A DNA stretch of 64,000 nt from an uncultured Candidatus Binatia bacterium (GTDB lineage: Bacteria > Desulfobacterota > Binatia > UBA9968 > JAJDTQ01): contig OZ243916.1 in assembly GCA_965213675.1 (NCBI GenBank), positions 832,001 to 896,000 on the forward strand, read 5' to 3'. The notes beneath the pieces are model-generated. The model saw nothing but the letters and a program-made list of their open reading frames with translations, was not told where the DNA came from and ran no database searches. Of the stretch, positions 46,310 to 55,271 are shown in pieces. Every line of letters begins with the position of its first letter. The stretch's first letter is position 1. A program made the position numbers and the translations under genes.

Positions 46310-47161
46310 CTACGGGTAGTAGGTGTCCTGTCCGGGCACGTAGTTTCGCTGGGTCTGTCCGGCGTTCCGGTTCACCATGACACGGCCCACCATGGGGTGG
46401 TAGAGGCTGCGCACCTCGTGTTCCAGTTCGAAGACCTTCTCACCCGAGGTGGGATCCACGATGTCCTTGAAGCGGTACTGGTGCGCGTTGCTCTCTTCCA
46501 TGATCAGGTCCCGCCGCAACAGGAACTGATGGGCGCGGGAGTGGTTCGCGATGTAGATGGCGATGTGGTGGCCGTCGAATTTGGGGATCTTCGCGTTGGT
46601 CTCGGTGAAGATCAGGCTTTGGTTGCGTCCCGTTCTTACCCGCGCGCTACCGTTCTTGTGGACCACCGGCGCCTGCAACACGGTCTTGTAGAACTTGCCG
46701 ATGGCGCGGGCGGTGCCCGGGCGGGTGAGGAACTCCACGTAGGGCATGCCGATGCTCATGTCGCCGAACTCCGGCCCGGGCGCGTGGCAACGGAATCGGT
46801 TGCCCCAGGGACCCGTCACCGCCACGTGGTCCGCGGCCTCGCGCCATTTGAACCGGGTCCCCTGAAGGTCCGGTTCCACCGCGGCGAGACGCCGCTTCAG
46901 CGCCTCCAGATCGGACAAAACCAGCCCGATGTGCCCGGGAATCTTTTGTGTTCCGCGCGTCGGCAGGTGGAACTGCTGGCCGCCCACGTTGACCCACATG
47001 TTGTTCAGACCGACGTTCATGTAAGGGTCGCGGGTCAGGCCAAGGCCCAGGACATAGAACGTCACGGCCGTGGACTGGTCCGGTATGGTCAGGTTCACGT
47101 GTTCCAGCCCAACCACGTTGCCGAGATCGTCAGCCTTGCGATCATAACCATTGGTCTTCAT
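46310..47161 (-). CDS. VOC/glyoxalase-like protein
   Basis: LEHVNL...FYVLGLGL, QQFHLP, GHIGL, GPWGN and HHIAIY, giving repeated VOC modules. GGAGG RBS. Confidence 0.7.
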   Translation of the reverse strand: MKTNGYDRKADDLGNVVGLEHVNLTIPDQSTAVTFYVLGLGLTRDPYMNVGLNNMWVNVGGQQFHLPTRGTQKIPGHIGLVLSDLEALKRRLAAVEPDLQGTRFKWREAADHVAVTGPWGNRFRCHAPGPEFGDMSIGMPYVEFLTRPGTARAIGKFYKTVLQAPVVHKNGSARVRTGRNQSLIFTETNAKIPKFDGHHIAIYIANHSRAHQFLLRRDLIMEESNAHQYRFKDIVDPTSGEKVFELEHEVRSLYHPMVGRVMVNRNAGQTQRNYVPGQDTYYP

Positions 47162-47414
47162 CCTTGCCTCCCTGGAACTATCGTATCCCGTAATCGTATC
47201 CCGCAATCATATACCGTAACCTGCCGCACAGCTTGCCCAAGAGCCCGCGCCGCAGGAATTCACGGCTGCAAATCCGCTCTCATCCGTCCCGTCGGCCGCT
47301 CGATTTCGTCAAACTTCGCAGCCAATAAATCACCTGACTACGATGGCTGCAACGCCGTCAGGCCCAGGCGAATCGACCATCCTGTGGGCGGCACGGCCAC
47401 CTTCGGCGCTCCGC

Positions 47415-48749
47415 CTACAAGGTGAACGCGAAATCCTCCACCACCGCACCCGGGAGGCGCATGCTACGGGTTGAGCGGCCGCCGTAGGAACCGGCATCGG
47501 GCAGTAGCTCCACTTCGCGGGTCAAGCCCACGAGATTGTCGCCCAGCATCCGGTAGAGCGTCTCGTCGAAGCGCATGACGTTCACCGGCGCCCGCACTTC
47601 ACCGTTCTCCACCCAGAAGCCAGCGAAGCGTGTCATGCCGGTCATGCGGCAGGCGTCCCGGTCGGAGTAGTTCAGGTACCAAAGGTTGTTGATGAGGATG
47701 CCGGTGCCCAGCACGGCCGGCACGTCCTGCCGCGGGATGGCGCCGCCGGCCATGGACAGGGATTCCGGCGCCTCGCGCCGGCTCGCTCCATTGCCCGGGA
47801 CGCCGTATTCTTTCGCCGCCCGCGGCGACACCAGCGGATCGCCCAACCGTCCCCCGTTGATGAGCGTCACCGCATCCGGCTTGAGGAAACCGGCCTCATC
47901 GAAACCGGCGCTCAATCCGCCGCGCGTGTCCTCCACCATGCGCACCGACGGGTCGAGGGCGGCGTCTCCCGTGAGCATGCGCAGCAGCGGAGTCCGGCGC
48001 GTGCGCCGGCCGCTCAACCCGAACCCACCCCAGCACAGCAGGCCGATCACCTCCTCCAGCGCCTGCGGCGCAAGGTACACGCGATAGCGTCCGGGCTCCA
48101 GGGTTCGCGGGGGCTGGCGCAGGGCCTCGAGCTCGGCCCGCGCCCGCGTCATTTTTTCCTCGAACTCCGCGGGATTCCACACGCCCCCGGCATAGGCGCA
48201 TTTGACCGCCTTGTCGCCGTCCAGATGAAAGCTCCAGTCGAAGTGGTGGCTGTACGCGGAAAACCAGTTGCGTTGGCCCAAAGAGTTGGCGAAGCCCCGG
48301 TGAATCCCTCCAGCCATGTAGATGCCCGCGAGGTCCCGGCCCGCTCCGGCCTTCACGATGGCTTCCACCACCTGCCCCTCGTCCTCGGGCAAGCGGTTGG
48401 GCTGCACGGTTTCCGTGGAACGGACCTCCGTCGCGTAATGCAGGTAGGGATCTTCCGGAACCACGGCCAGCCGCGCGCGGGCGTCCTCCATCGCCTGGCG
48501 CACGCGCTCCCGGTCGAACGCGGCGGCGCCGGAAAGCGTCAGGTGCGTGGCAACTTTCCGTCCGTCGCCAATCAGATGGAGCGCCAGTTCGCGCTGCTCC
48601 ACGGCCCCGGCCTGCCGCACGGCGCTCCGGTTGAAGCGCAAGAAGCTCGAGTCCTCTCCAGAGAAGCCCAGAAGCAACACTTCCCGCGGCTGCAACAGCG
48701 TTTCGGTGAAATCCGCCAGTTCGTAGAATGGCTCCCGCATGGCTGTCAT
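47415..48749 (-). CDS. TldE/PmbA-family protein
   Basis: RFNRSAVRQ, PGRYRVYLAP and LWYLNYSDR...TGMTRF. No HExxH. Abuts tldD. Confidence 0.88.
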   Translation of the reverse strand: MTAMREPFYELADFTETLLQPREVLLLGFSGEDSSFLRFNRSAVRQAGAVEQRELALHLIGDGRKVATHLTLSGAAAFDRERVRQAMEDARARLAVVPEDPYLHYATEVRSTETVQPNRLPEDEGQVVEAIVKAGAGRDLAGIYMAGGIHRGFANSLGQRNWFSAYSHHFDWSFHLDGDKAVKCAYAGGVWNPAEFEEKMTRARAELEALRQPPRTLEPGRYRVYLAPQALEEVIGLLCWGGFGLSGRRTRRTPLLRMLTGDAALDPSVRMVEDTRGGLSAGFDEAGFLKPDAVTLINGGRLGDPLVSPRAAKEYGVPGNGASRREAPESLSMAGGAIPRQDVPAVLGTGILINNLWYLNYSDRDACRMTGMTRFAGFWVENGEVRAPVNVMRFDETLYRMLGDNLVGLTREVELLPDAGSYGGRSTRSMRLPGAVVEDFAFTL

Positions 48750-50198
48750 TCAGCTTTCACCCCCGAACACCTGCACGCCGGCGAACACGCACGCGGGCGC
48801 GGCGTGGCCCACACGGATCACCTGGTTGGGCTCGCCCTTGCCGCAGAAGGGCGTTCCCAGTACTTCGCGCGTCTCGGGGTGGCCCACATGGGTGAGGTTG
48901 CGCCAGAAGTTGGCCGAGATGCCGCGGTAATTGGGCTTTTTCACCACTTCGCGCAACACGCCATCACGTATGACGGTACCGCGCTCGCAGCCGAACTGGA
49001 ACTTGTTGCGCGAGTCGTCGATGGACCACGAGCAGTTGGTCTGCATGTAGACGCCGCGTTCGATGGAACGCACCATGTCGTCGAAGGTTGCGTCCCCCGG
49101 CTCCAGATTGAGGTTGGCCATGCGGTCGATGGGCGGACGGTTCCAGCTTGTGGCGCGGGAGTTGGCCACCCCGGGAAGTCCCGTGCGCTGCTGGGACAGG
49201 CGCCCGCCGAGGCCGCGCAGGAGAATTCCGTCCTTGATGATGTGCTCCCGTCGCGCCGGGAGCCCTTCGTCGTCGAAGCCGAAACTCGCGAACTGTCCCG
49301 GATCGGTGGGGTCGTAGGTGACATTCAACAGTTCCGAGCCGTAGCGGTAATGCCCGAACATGTCCGGGGTGACGAAGCTCGTGCCCGCGTAGTTGCGTTC
49401 GTCGCCGAGGATGCGGTCCAGCTCCAGGGGATGGCCGATGGACTCGTGGATCTGGAGGATGAGCTGATCCGGCGCCAGCAAGACGTCCATGGCGCCCGTG
49501 GGACAGTGGGGCGCAGCCAATAGCTCCAGGGCTTCCTGCGCCAGCGCCGGCGCGGCCTCTGAAAACCCCGTCTGCTCCAGCACCTCCAGGCCGCCCTGGC
49601 GGCAGAAACCCCGGCCGCCGAAGGTGCGGCTCACGGTTTCCGGGCCGTCGTTGGCGGTGCAGCCCAGGCCGGGAACCAAATGGCTCAGCACTTGATGTAT
49701 GCGCGTACCGTCCGCGGTCAGGTAAAGGGTCTCCGTCTCCGTGTGCCATAGGGACACGTCCCAGTCGACGATGCGCGGGTCCGGGTGCAGCCTCTCGCTC
49801 TGGTCCCGCAACAGGCCGATCTTGTCGGACAACGGCATCGCGTCCCAAGGCAGCGCCACCGGCGTGCGGTACTCGCCCCGGCGCGCCTCCCGAAGCGCGG
49901 CCGCGGCGAAGTCTGTCACGGCCCACGCCCCGGTTCGCCGGGCCCAGTCCCGCGCCTGTTCCAGAGCCCGTTGAAGCCCGGTCCGGCTCAGGTCGCACGT
50001 GCCCGCGTAGCCCATGCCGCGACCGTGGGCCACCGTGACCATGACGCCCGCGTCGTCCCCCGACGCGATGGGCTCCACCACGCCGCGGCGCACGGAAACG
50101 TGCTCGGAACGCTCCCTCACATAACGCAGCGAGCAAAAACTCACTGCGGGCGCGGCTTCCCGGAACCATGCTTCAAGGCGTTCGGTCAGAGTCGGCAC
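48750..50198 (-). CDS. tldD: TldD-family metalloprotease
   Basis: HESIGHPLELDR zinc motif, PIDRMANLN and CGKGEPNQ. GTG start after GGAGA. Confidence 0.92.
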   Translation of the reverse strand: MPTLTERLEAWFREAAPAVSFCSLRYVRERSEHVSVRRGVVEPIASGDDAGVMVTVAHGRGMGYAGTCDLSRTGLQRALEQARDWARRTGAWAVTDFAAAALREARRGEYRTPVALPWDAMPLSDKIGLLRDQSERLHPDPRIVDWDVSLWHTETETLYLTADGTRIHQVLSHLVPGLGCTANDGPETVSRTFGGRGFCRQGGLEVLEQTGFSEAAPALAQEALELLAAPHCPTGAMDVLLAPDQLILQIHESIGHPLELDRILGDERNYAGTSFVTPDMFGHYRYGSELLNVTYDPTDPGQFASFGFDDEGLPARREHIIKDGILLRGLGGRLSQQRTGLPGVANSRATSWNRPPIDRMANLNLEPGDATFDDMVRSIERGVYMQTNCSWSIDDSRNKFQFGCERGTVIRDGVLREVVKKPNYRGISANFWRNLTHVGHPETREVLGTPFCGKGEPNQVIRVGHAAPACVFAGVQVFGGES

Positions 50199-50277
50199 GG
50201 CATCTCCCGTGGGACGGTGTATAGCACGATGTTGCAAAAAAGTTCGTGGCGAGCGATTCGAAACACGGCCTACGAAG

Positions 50278-50329
50278 CGTCACTCCCGCGAAAGCTTGCC
50301 CTCGACCCCGATCGGGGGCGGGAATCCAG
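50278..50329 (+). repeat. REP (CGTCACTCCCGCGAAAGC...GCGGGAATCCAG) with internal hairpin insert
   Basis: Same family as 46166-46191, with an inserted TTGCCCTCGACCCCGATCGGGG segment. Confidence 0.6.
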
Positions 50330-50362
50330 GCGGGGCGGGGGCACCGCCAGTGGTTCCCTCTC

Positions 50363-50455
50363 TCGTTCCAGTTTTCGCGAGGCCTCGTTCCGTGGAAACC
50401 GCGCTGTCCGAACTTCCCGACTGCCGTGCGAATCGGCAGCGTGGGATAGTCCTGG
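50363..50455 (+). repeat. Dispersed intergenic repeat (family C), copy 2
   Basis: Roughly 80% identical by eye to 52695-52786 (TCGTTCCAGT..CGAGGCCTCGTTCCGT..CGCTGTCCGAAC..CCGTGCGAA..GCGTGGGATAGTCCTGG). Confidence 0.8.
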
Positions 50456-50687
50456 CCCAAGTTTGACCCTGCTTGGGCTGGCCCCTATAGTGACGGATGC
50501 CGGCAACCGGCGCGCCACAACAAGCGCCTGCCCCGCAATGCCAGGGCCGGACTGTGGCGGGACCGTGGCTGCCCTGTGACTGGACCACGGTGGACCGTGA
50601 CCGAACCTTGGTCGGATCGTCGCGGGACGATCTCCCGGGCACAGGAGAGCCGGTCGGGTCCATGGAATCGTAGTGAGGGGGTTGGTG

Positions 50688-51272
50688 ATGAACTATTGCA
50701 GCGTCTGTGCCGCCCCCGTGGAGTTCCGCATCCCGGACGGAGACAATCTTCCGCGCCACGTGTGCGGCTCCTGCCACACCATCCATTACACCAATCCAAA
50801 AGTCGTGGTGGGTTGCATCCCCGAATGGGACGACACCATCCTGCTGTGCCGCCGCGCCATCGAACCGCGCTACGGCTATTGGACCCTGCCCGCGGGTTTC
50901 CTTGAGGACTACGAGACCACCATCGAAGGCGCCGCCCGCGAGACCCGTGAGGAAGCCTTGGCGGACGTCGACATCGCGGAACTCTACACCCTCATCAACC
51001 TACCCCAGATCAACCAGGTCTACGTGATGTTCCGCGGCAGTCTGCGCGAGCGCAAGTTCGGCGCCGGCGAGGAGAGTCTCGACGCGCGCCTGTGCCGCGA
51101 GGAGGACATTCCCTGGGATCAGATCGCGTTTCCGGTGGTCGAGCAGACCCTGAAGCTCTACTTCCGGGACCGCCGGCGCGGGCGCTTTGGCACCTACACG
51201 GGCGACATCACCCGTCCAGCAGACAAGTGGAGGGACTACCACGTGCGATTTCTGAACGGGAATGGCGCCTGA
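50688..51272 (+). CDS. Zinc-ribbon NUDIX hydrolase
   Basis: YCSVC...CGSC..IHYTNP and Nudix box PAGFLEDYETTIEGAARETREEA. Confidence 0.92.
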   Translation: MNYCSVCAAPVEFRIPDGDNLPRHVCGSCHTIHYTNPKVVVGCIPEWDDTILLCRRAIEPRYGYWTLPAGFLEDYETTIEGAARETREEALADVDIAELYTLINLPQINQVYVMFRGSLRERKFGAGEESLDARLCREEDIPWDQIAFPVVEQTLKLYFRDRRRGRFGTYTGDITRPADKWRDYHVRFLNGNGA

Positions 51273-51730
51273 TGCTGGCGGCCATCCAGCGGTTCTTCAC
51301 GAACCAGATCGACCCCGGACACCGCGATGTGCGCCAGTCGGACCAGCACCGGCTGCAGGTGGCCACCGGTGCCCTGCTCGTGGAGATGATGCGCACAGAT
51401 GTCGAGTGCACGGAGAACGAACGCGCCGTGGTCCTTGGCGCGCTTCAGGACAAGTTCGGTCTCAGCGAGCAGGAGACCCGCGATCTGATGGAACTCGCCG
51501 AGGCCGAAGCCGACGACGCCATCGACCACTACCAGTTCACCTCTCTTGTCAAGAGTGGTTTCTCCGGGGAACAGAAGCGGAAAGTCGTGGAGTATCTCTG
51601 GGCGGTGGCCTACGCCGATGCCAACGCGGACCCGCACGAAGAGTACCTGGTGCGCAAAATTGCCAATCTCATCGGCGTGTCACACAAGGAATTCATCGAA
51701 GCGAAACTCCGGGTGCGGCGCGGCGGCTGA
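51272..51730 (+). CDS. TerB-family protein
   Basis: ATGALLVEMMRTD, YQFT and LWAVAYAD...EEYLVRKIANLIGV. TGATG overlap with the NUDIX gene. Confidence 0.85.
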   Translation: MLAAIQRFFTNQIDPGHRDVRQSDQHRLQVATGALLVEMMRTDVECTENERAVVLGALQDKFGLSEQETRDLMELAEAEADDAIDHYQFTSLVKSGFSGEQKRKVVEYLWAVAYADANADPHEEYLVRKIANLIGVSHKEFIEAKLRVRRGG

Positions 51731-51778
51731 AACGGGGGGAAGCTCCAACGGCGCAGTGGTTCCCCTGGCTGGTCTGCT

Positions 51779-52120
51779 TCAGCTCAACTTCCCCAGCCTC
51801 AACGGCAAGCGCGTTCCCAGCCACAGGGACCGGTCGCGATGATCGCCGATGTGCTCCCCCGTGCTGGGGTGAATCAGGATGTCGAGGCCTTCGCGGTTGA
51901 GCATGAGCCACGGAACCACGTTGGCAAACTCGTCGGGGGCGAAGGCCACTTGGTACATGGCCTTGGGGTGGGGGCCCACCGGGACGTCGTGCCAGCGGCC
52001 GAGGACGACGTTGAAACGGCCACCGATCCCCTCGCGGACACGCCCCGCCACTTCCCGGGAATCACGGTCGTAATAGATGTGGGCGTGGTAGCCGGAGATT
52101 TCGCTGGCGTCTTGCGTCAT
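51779..52120 (-). CDS. DOPA 4,5-dioxygenase family protein
   Basis: YHAHIYY, PVGPHP, WLMLNR, LIHP and DH...LWLG. Confidence 0.9.
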   Translation of the reverse strand: MTQDASEISGYHAHIYYDRDSREVAGRVREGIGGRFNVVLGRWHDVPVGPHPKAMYQVAFAPDEFANVVPWLMLNREGLDILIHPSTGEHIGDHRDRSLWLGTRLPLRLGKLS

Positions 52121-52694
52121 GTCTCTGCCTCGATGGGGTCGGGAAGCCTGCATCGCAAAATCCGTGACCGGACGGTCGCCCCTGGCCTGCTCAAACCCGA
52201 CAGGCTCCTGGTACGCATTTCACAAAGAAAAGCGGGCCCTCCTCCCGGGAAGAGCCCGCTACCGGCGTTTATCCACGCCGGTGGATGCGTTTCTTTCTTG
52301 TTCGGCTCCCCGGTCGCGGGTTGCCGTTGAGGAACTTCCGGGATTGCTGTCCTGTGCTGCCGTTTCCCCTCACACGTTATACGCTACAGCCGTGTTGTCC
52401 AACACCTGAGTCGGGACGGTCAGCCGGTAGCCGTCTTCGGCAAGCCTCCCGGGGAACCCTGTCAGCCCGCCTGACGCGGGCGTTTCGTGTCGGGCGGATT
52501 GTTTGTAGTCATCTGACACCTCCTGGCAGTTTGATGACCAAGCCCGAAACCAGCGCGCGGGGTTTCGAACTCTTGCCCGTTCGCGAACGACACAAGACAA
52601 TCCTAGGCCCGCATCGGCCCGCTGTCAAGAAAAAAAGACGCGCGTGAGGACGATCCCACGTTGATCGAGCATCGGCGTCCCGGGCCGGGGGGGT

Positions 52695-52786
52695 TCGTTC
52701 CAGTCCGCACGAGGCCTCGTTCCGTCGAAAGGACGCTGTCCGAACCTCCGGCTTCCGTGCGAACCGGTCGCGTGGGATAGTCCTGG
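52695..52786 (+). repeat. Dispersed intergenic repeat (family C), copy 3
   Basis: Matches 50363-50455 and 7780-7852. Ends 82 nt upstream of the GMC gene. Confidence 0.8.
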
Positions 52787-52868
52787 ACGCGCGGTTCACG
52801 TTGTTGAAGGGCAACCGCGGAGTTGATACGGGAAAGAGATCAACGGCTCGGAACGGGAAAGGGACGTC

Positions 52869-54374
52869 ATGGCAAACGAATACGATGTGATCCTGGTGGG
52901 AGGGGGCTCCGCGGGTTGTGCGGCCGCGGCGCGTCTTTCGGAAGACCCCAACCGGAAGGTGTTGCTGCTGGAGGCCGGCCCCGACCCCCTGCCCATCCCC
53001 GAGTTGGTGGCCGAGGCCGCGGGCCGGGTGCGGCTCCTGCTGGAGACGCCCTACATCAACATGTACCCGACGGAGCGGAAGCTCGACGGCAGCACGTTCT
53101 ATTCCCTGGCCGGAAAGATCATGGGCGGCGGCTCGTCTGTCAACGTGATGTCGGTGATCCGCCCCATCAAGGCCGACATGGACGCGTGGGCCGCGGCCGG
53201 GAACCCGTCCTGGTCGTGGGCGGACGTCCTGCCCATCCTCAAGCGACTGGAGAACGATCAGGACAACTCCGACAGTCCCGAGCACGGCCACGGCGGGCCG
53301 CTGTTCTTCGAGCGGCACTATCTCTTCGGCCAGGAAGTCCCGCGCGCCGTGCAGGTCTTCATGGACGCGGCGCGAGAGCTGGGGTTGCCCCAAGGCGACG
53401 TGAACGACCCGAATCCCTGGGGCCTCTGCACATCGCCCTACAACATCAAGGAGGGCATGCGGCAGTCCACGACCGTCGCCTACCTGAACGCGGCCCGGGA
53501 GCGTGCCAATCTCACCGTCATCGCCGACGCCCCCGTGGTTTCGCTTGCCGTGTCCGGCCACCGTGTGACCGGTGTGAACTACGAGAAGGACGGCCAGCGG
53601 CACACGGCGGCCGGCACCGAGGTCGTGCTTGCCGCAGGGGCGTTCCACAGCCCCCACATCATGATGCTCTCGGGCATCGGGCCGGCGGCGGAGTTGGAAC
53701 GGCACGGCATCGAGGTGCTTCACGACCGTCCCGGGGTGGGCGAAAACTACCAGGACCACGCCATGTTGCACATGGGCTTCGAGGGACGCGGCGCCTTCGA
53801 CGTGGACTGGGTGGTGCCGCCCTTCCGGCTGATCACCAAGAGCGACCCGTCACGGGAAACCGGCGATTTCCATGTGTTCATGCGCCCGCCTACCGTGCTG
53901 GAGGGCGTGGGCCGGACGCTGAACATCTCCGCGGCGCTCCTGGAACAGCGCAACCGCGGCCGCGTCTTCCTCCAGAGCGCCGATCCCCACGAACTGCCGG
54001 GGGTGGATGCGCGCATGCTGGAGCACCCCGGAGACATCGCGGCGATGGTGGCTACCATGGAGTTCCTGGAGAAATTGAGCCAGACCGGCGACATGCCCGA
54101 GTACTACGGCCCGCCCATCCAGCCCAAACGCGGCGAGGACTGGGCGCGATTCGCACGCACCGCCTTCGACAGCTACCACCACGCCGCCGGCACCTGCCTC
54201 ATGGGTCCCGCGTCCAACGACATGACGGTGGTGGACGAGCAGCTACGGGTCCACGGAATCGACAATCTCAGGGTAGCGGATGCCTCCATTATGCCCACGG
54301 TGACCCACGCCAACACCAACGTCACCTGCATGATGATCGGCGAACGGGTGGCGGACTTCATCAAGGGGATTTAG
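52869..54374 (+). CDS. GMC-family flavin oxidoreductase
   Basis: DVILVGGGSAGC, GKIMGGGSSVN, LSGIGP, GENYQDH, YHHAAGTCLMG and VADASIMP...NTN. Confidence 0.94.
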   Translation: MANEYDVILVGGGSAGCAAAARLSEDPNRKVLLLEAGPDPLPIPELVAEAAGRVRLLLETPYINMYPTERKLDGSTFYSLAGKIMGGGSSVNVMSVIRPIKADMDAWAAAGNPSWSWADVLPILKRLENDQDNSDSPEHGHGGPLFFERHYLFGQEVPRAVQVFMDAARELGLPQGDVNDPNPWGLCTSPYNIKEGMRQSTTVAYLNAARERANLTVIADAPVVSLAVSGHRVTGVNYEKDGQRHTAAGTEVVLAAGAFHSPHIMMLSGIGPAAELERHGIEVLHDRPGVGENYQDHAMLHMGFEGRGAFDVDWVVPPFRLITKSDPSRETGDFHVFMRPPTVLEGVGRTLNISAALLEQRNRGRVFLQSADPHELPGVDARMLEHPGDIAAMVATMEFLEKLSQTGDMPEYYGPPIQPKRGEDWARFARTAFDSYHHAAGTCLMGPASNDMTVVDEQLRVHGIDNLRVADASIMPTVTHANTNVTCMMIGERVADFIKGI

Positions 54375-54547
54375 TGCCGTGTCCCGCAAGACTCCCGCGA
54401 CAAGTTGCGCAGGTCCTTGGTTGCCGCAAGACGCGGTGACCTGTAGGGGCGACCGGATAAGCCTACCCTCGCAGGCACGACCGAATATGCCGGCGCTCCG
54501 ACGGAAGGCCGTGGCCGCAGTGGAGCGCCTTGGGCGGGGACGCTCAT

Positions 54548-54805
54548 TCAGGCATGGAGCAACTCATCGAGCCGGCCACTGGCTTCCAGGGCCTGCAGGT
54601 CATCGAAGCCGCCGATGAGTTCGCCGTTGATGAAGATTTCCGGGACGGTCCAGCGGCCTTGGGAGCGCTCCAGCATCTCGTCGTATTTTTCCGGCTCCCG
54701 CTCCACGTCGAACTCGATGAACTCCTGGCCCTTCGCTTCCAGAAGGCGCTTGGCCATGCGGCAGAACGGGCACCAGCCCTTGCTGTAGATTTCGACGGTT
54801 GGCAT
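54548..54805 (-). CDS. grxC: Glutaredoxin 3
   Basis: CPFC, TVPEIF and GGFDDL. Confidence 0.93.
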   Translation of the reverse strand: MPTVEIYSKGWCPFCRMAKRLLEAKGQEFIEFDVEREPEKYDEMLERSQGRWTVPEIFINGELIGGFDDLQALEASGRLDELLHA

Positions 54806-54866
54806 GAGGCGGCGGAGGGTTGCGCGCCGGCTCGCCCGTTCCAGGGCGTTCCGGCGCGGCTGCGGA

Positions 54867-55271
54867 TCAGTCCAGCTCGAATACCGGCAGCTTGATTTCG
54901 GGATCCTCGGTCTCCATGAACGTGACGGTGACGGGAGCGCCGAGCGTCACCTGGTCGCGCTTGTCGCCGACGACGCGGGTGATCATGCGCACGCCCTCCT
55001 CCAGCTCCACCTCGGCCACGTAGATGGGCACCTCGTCCATGAAGGCGCGGTTCCGCGGTACCCGGCAGAGGGAGAAGGTGTGCACCTTGCCCTTGCCGCT
55101 CACCGGCACCCACTCCAGGTCACCGCCGAGGCAGCCGGTGCAGGCGATGCGCGGGAAGAACTGCAGCTTGCCGCAGGCGACGCATTTCTGGAGCCGCAAC
55201 TCGCCTTGGGCGGCCCCCTCCCAAAACCCGCGGTCGATCGCATTTACGGCGGGAAGACTCTTGCCGGCCAT
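54867..55271 (-). CDS. Zn-ribbon/OB-fold DUF35 protein
   Basis: FWEGA, CVACG...PR..CTGC, GKGKVHTFS and VELEEG. Overlaps the thiolase stop. Confidence 0.9.
   Translation of the reverse strand: MAGKSLPAVNAIDRGFWEGAAQGELRLQKCVACGKLQFFPRIACTGCLGGDLEWVPVSGKGKVHTFSLCRVPRNRAFMDEVPIYVAEVELEEGVRMITRVVGDKRDQVTLGAPVTVTFMETEDPEIKLPVFELD

Noticed and set aside
47415-50198. TldD/TldE as part of a RiPP cluster
   Set aside because: No precursor peptide, YcaO or radical SAM gene adjacent. The pair is widespread on its own.
51272-51730. Tellurite-resistance or defence operon
   Set aside because: Single TerB-like gene without terZACDE or defence partners.
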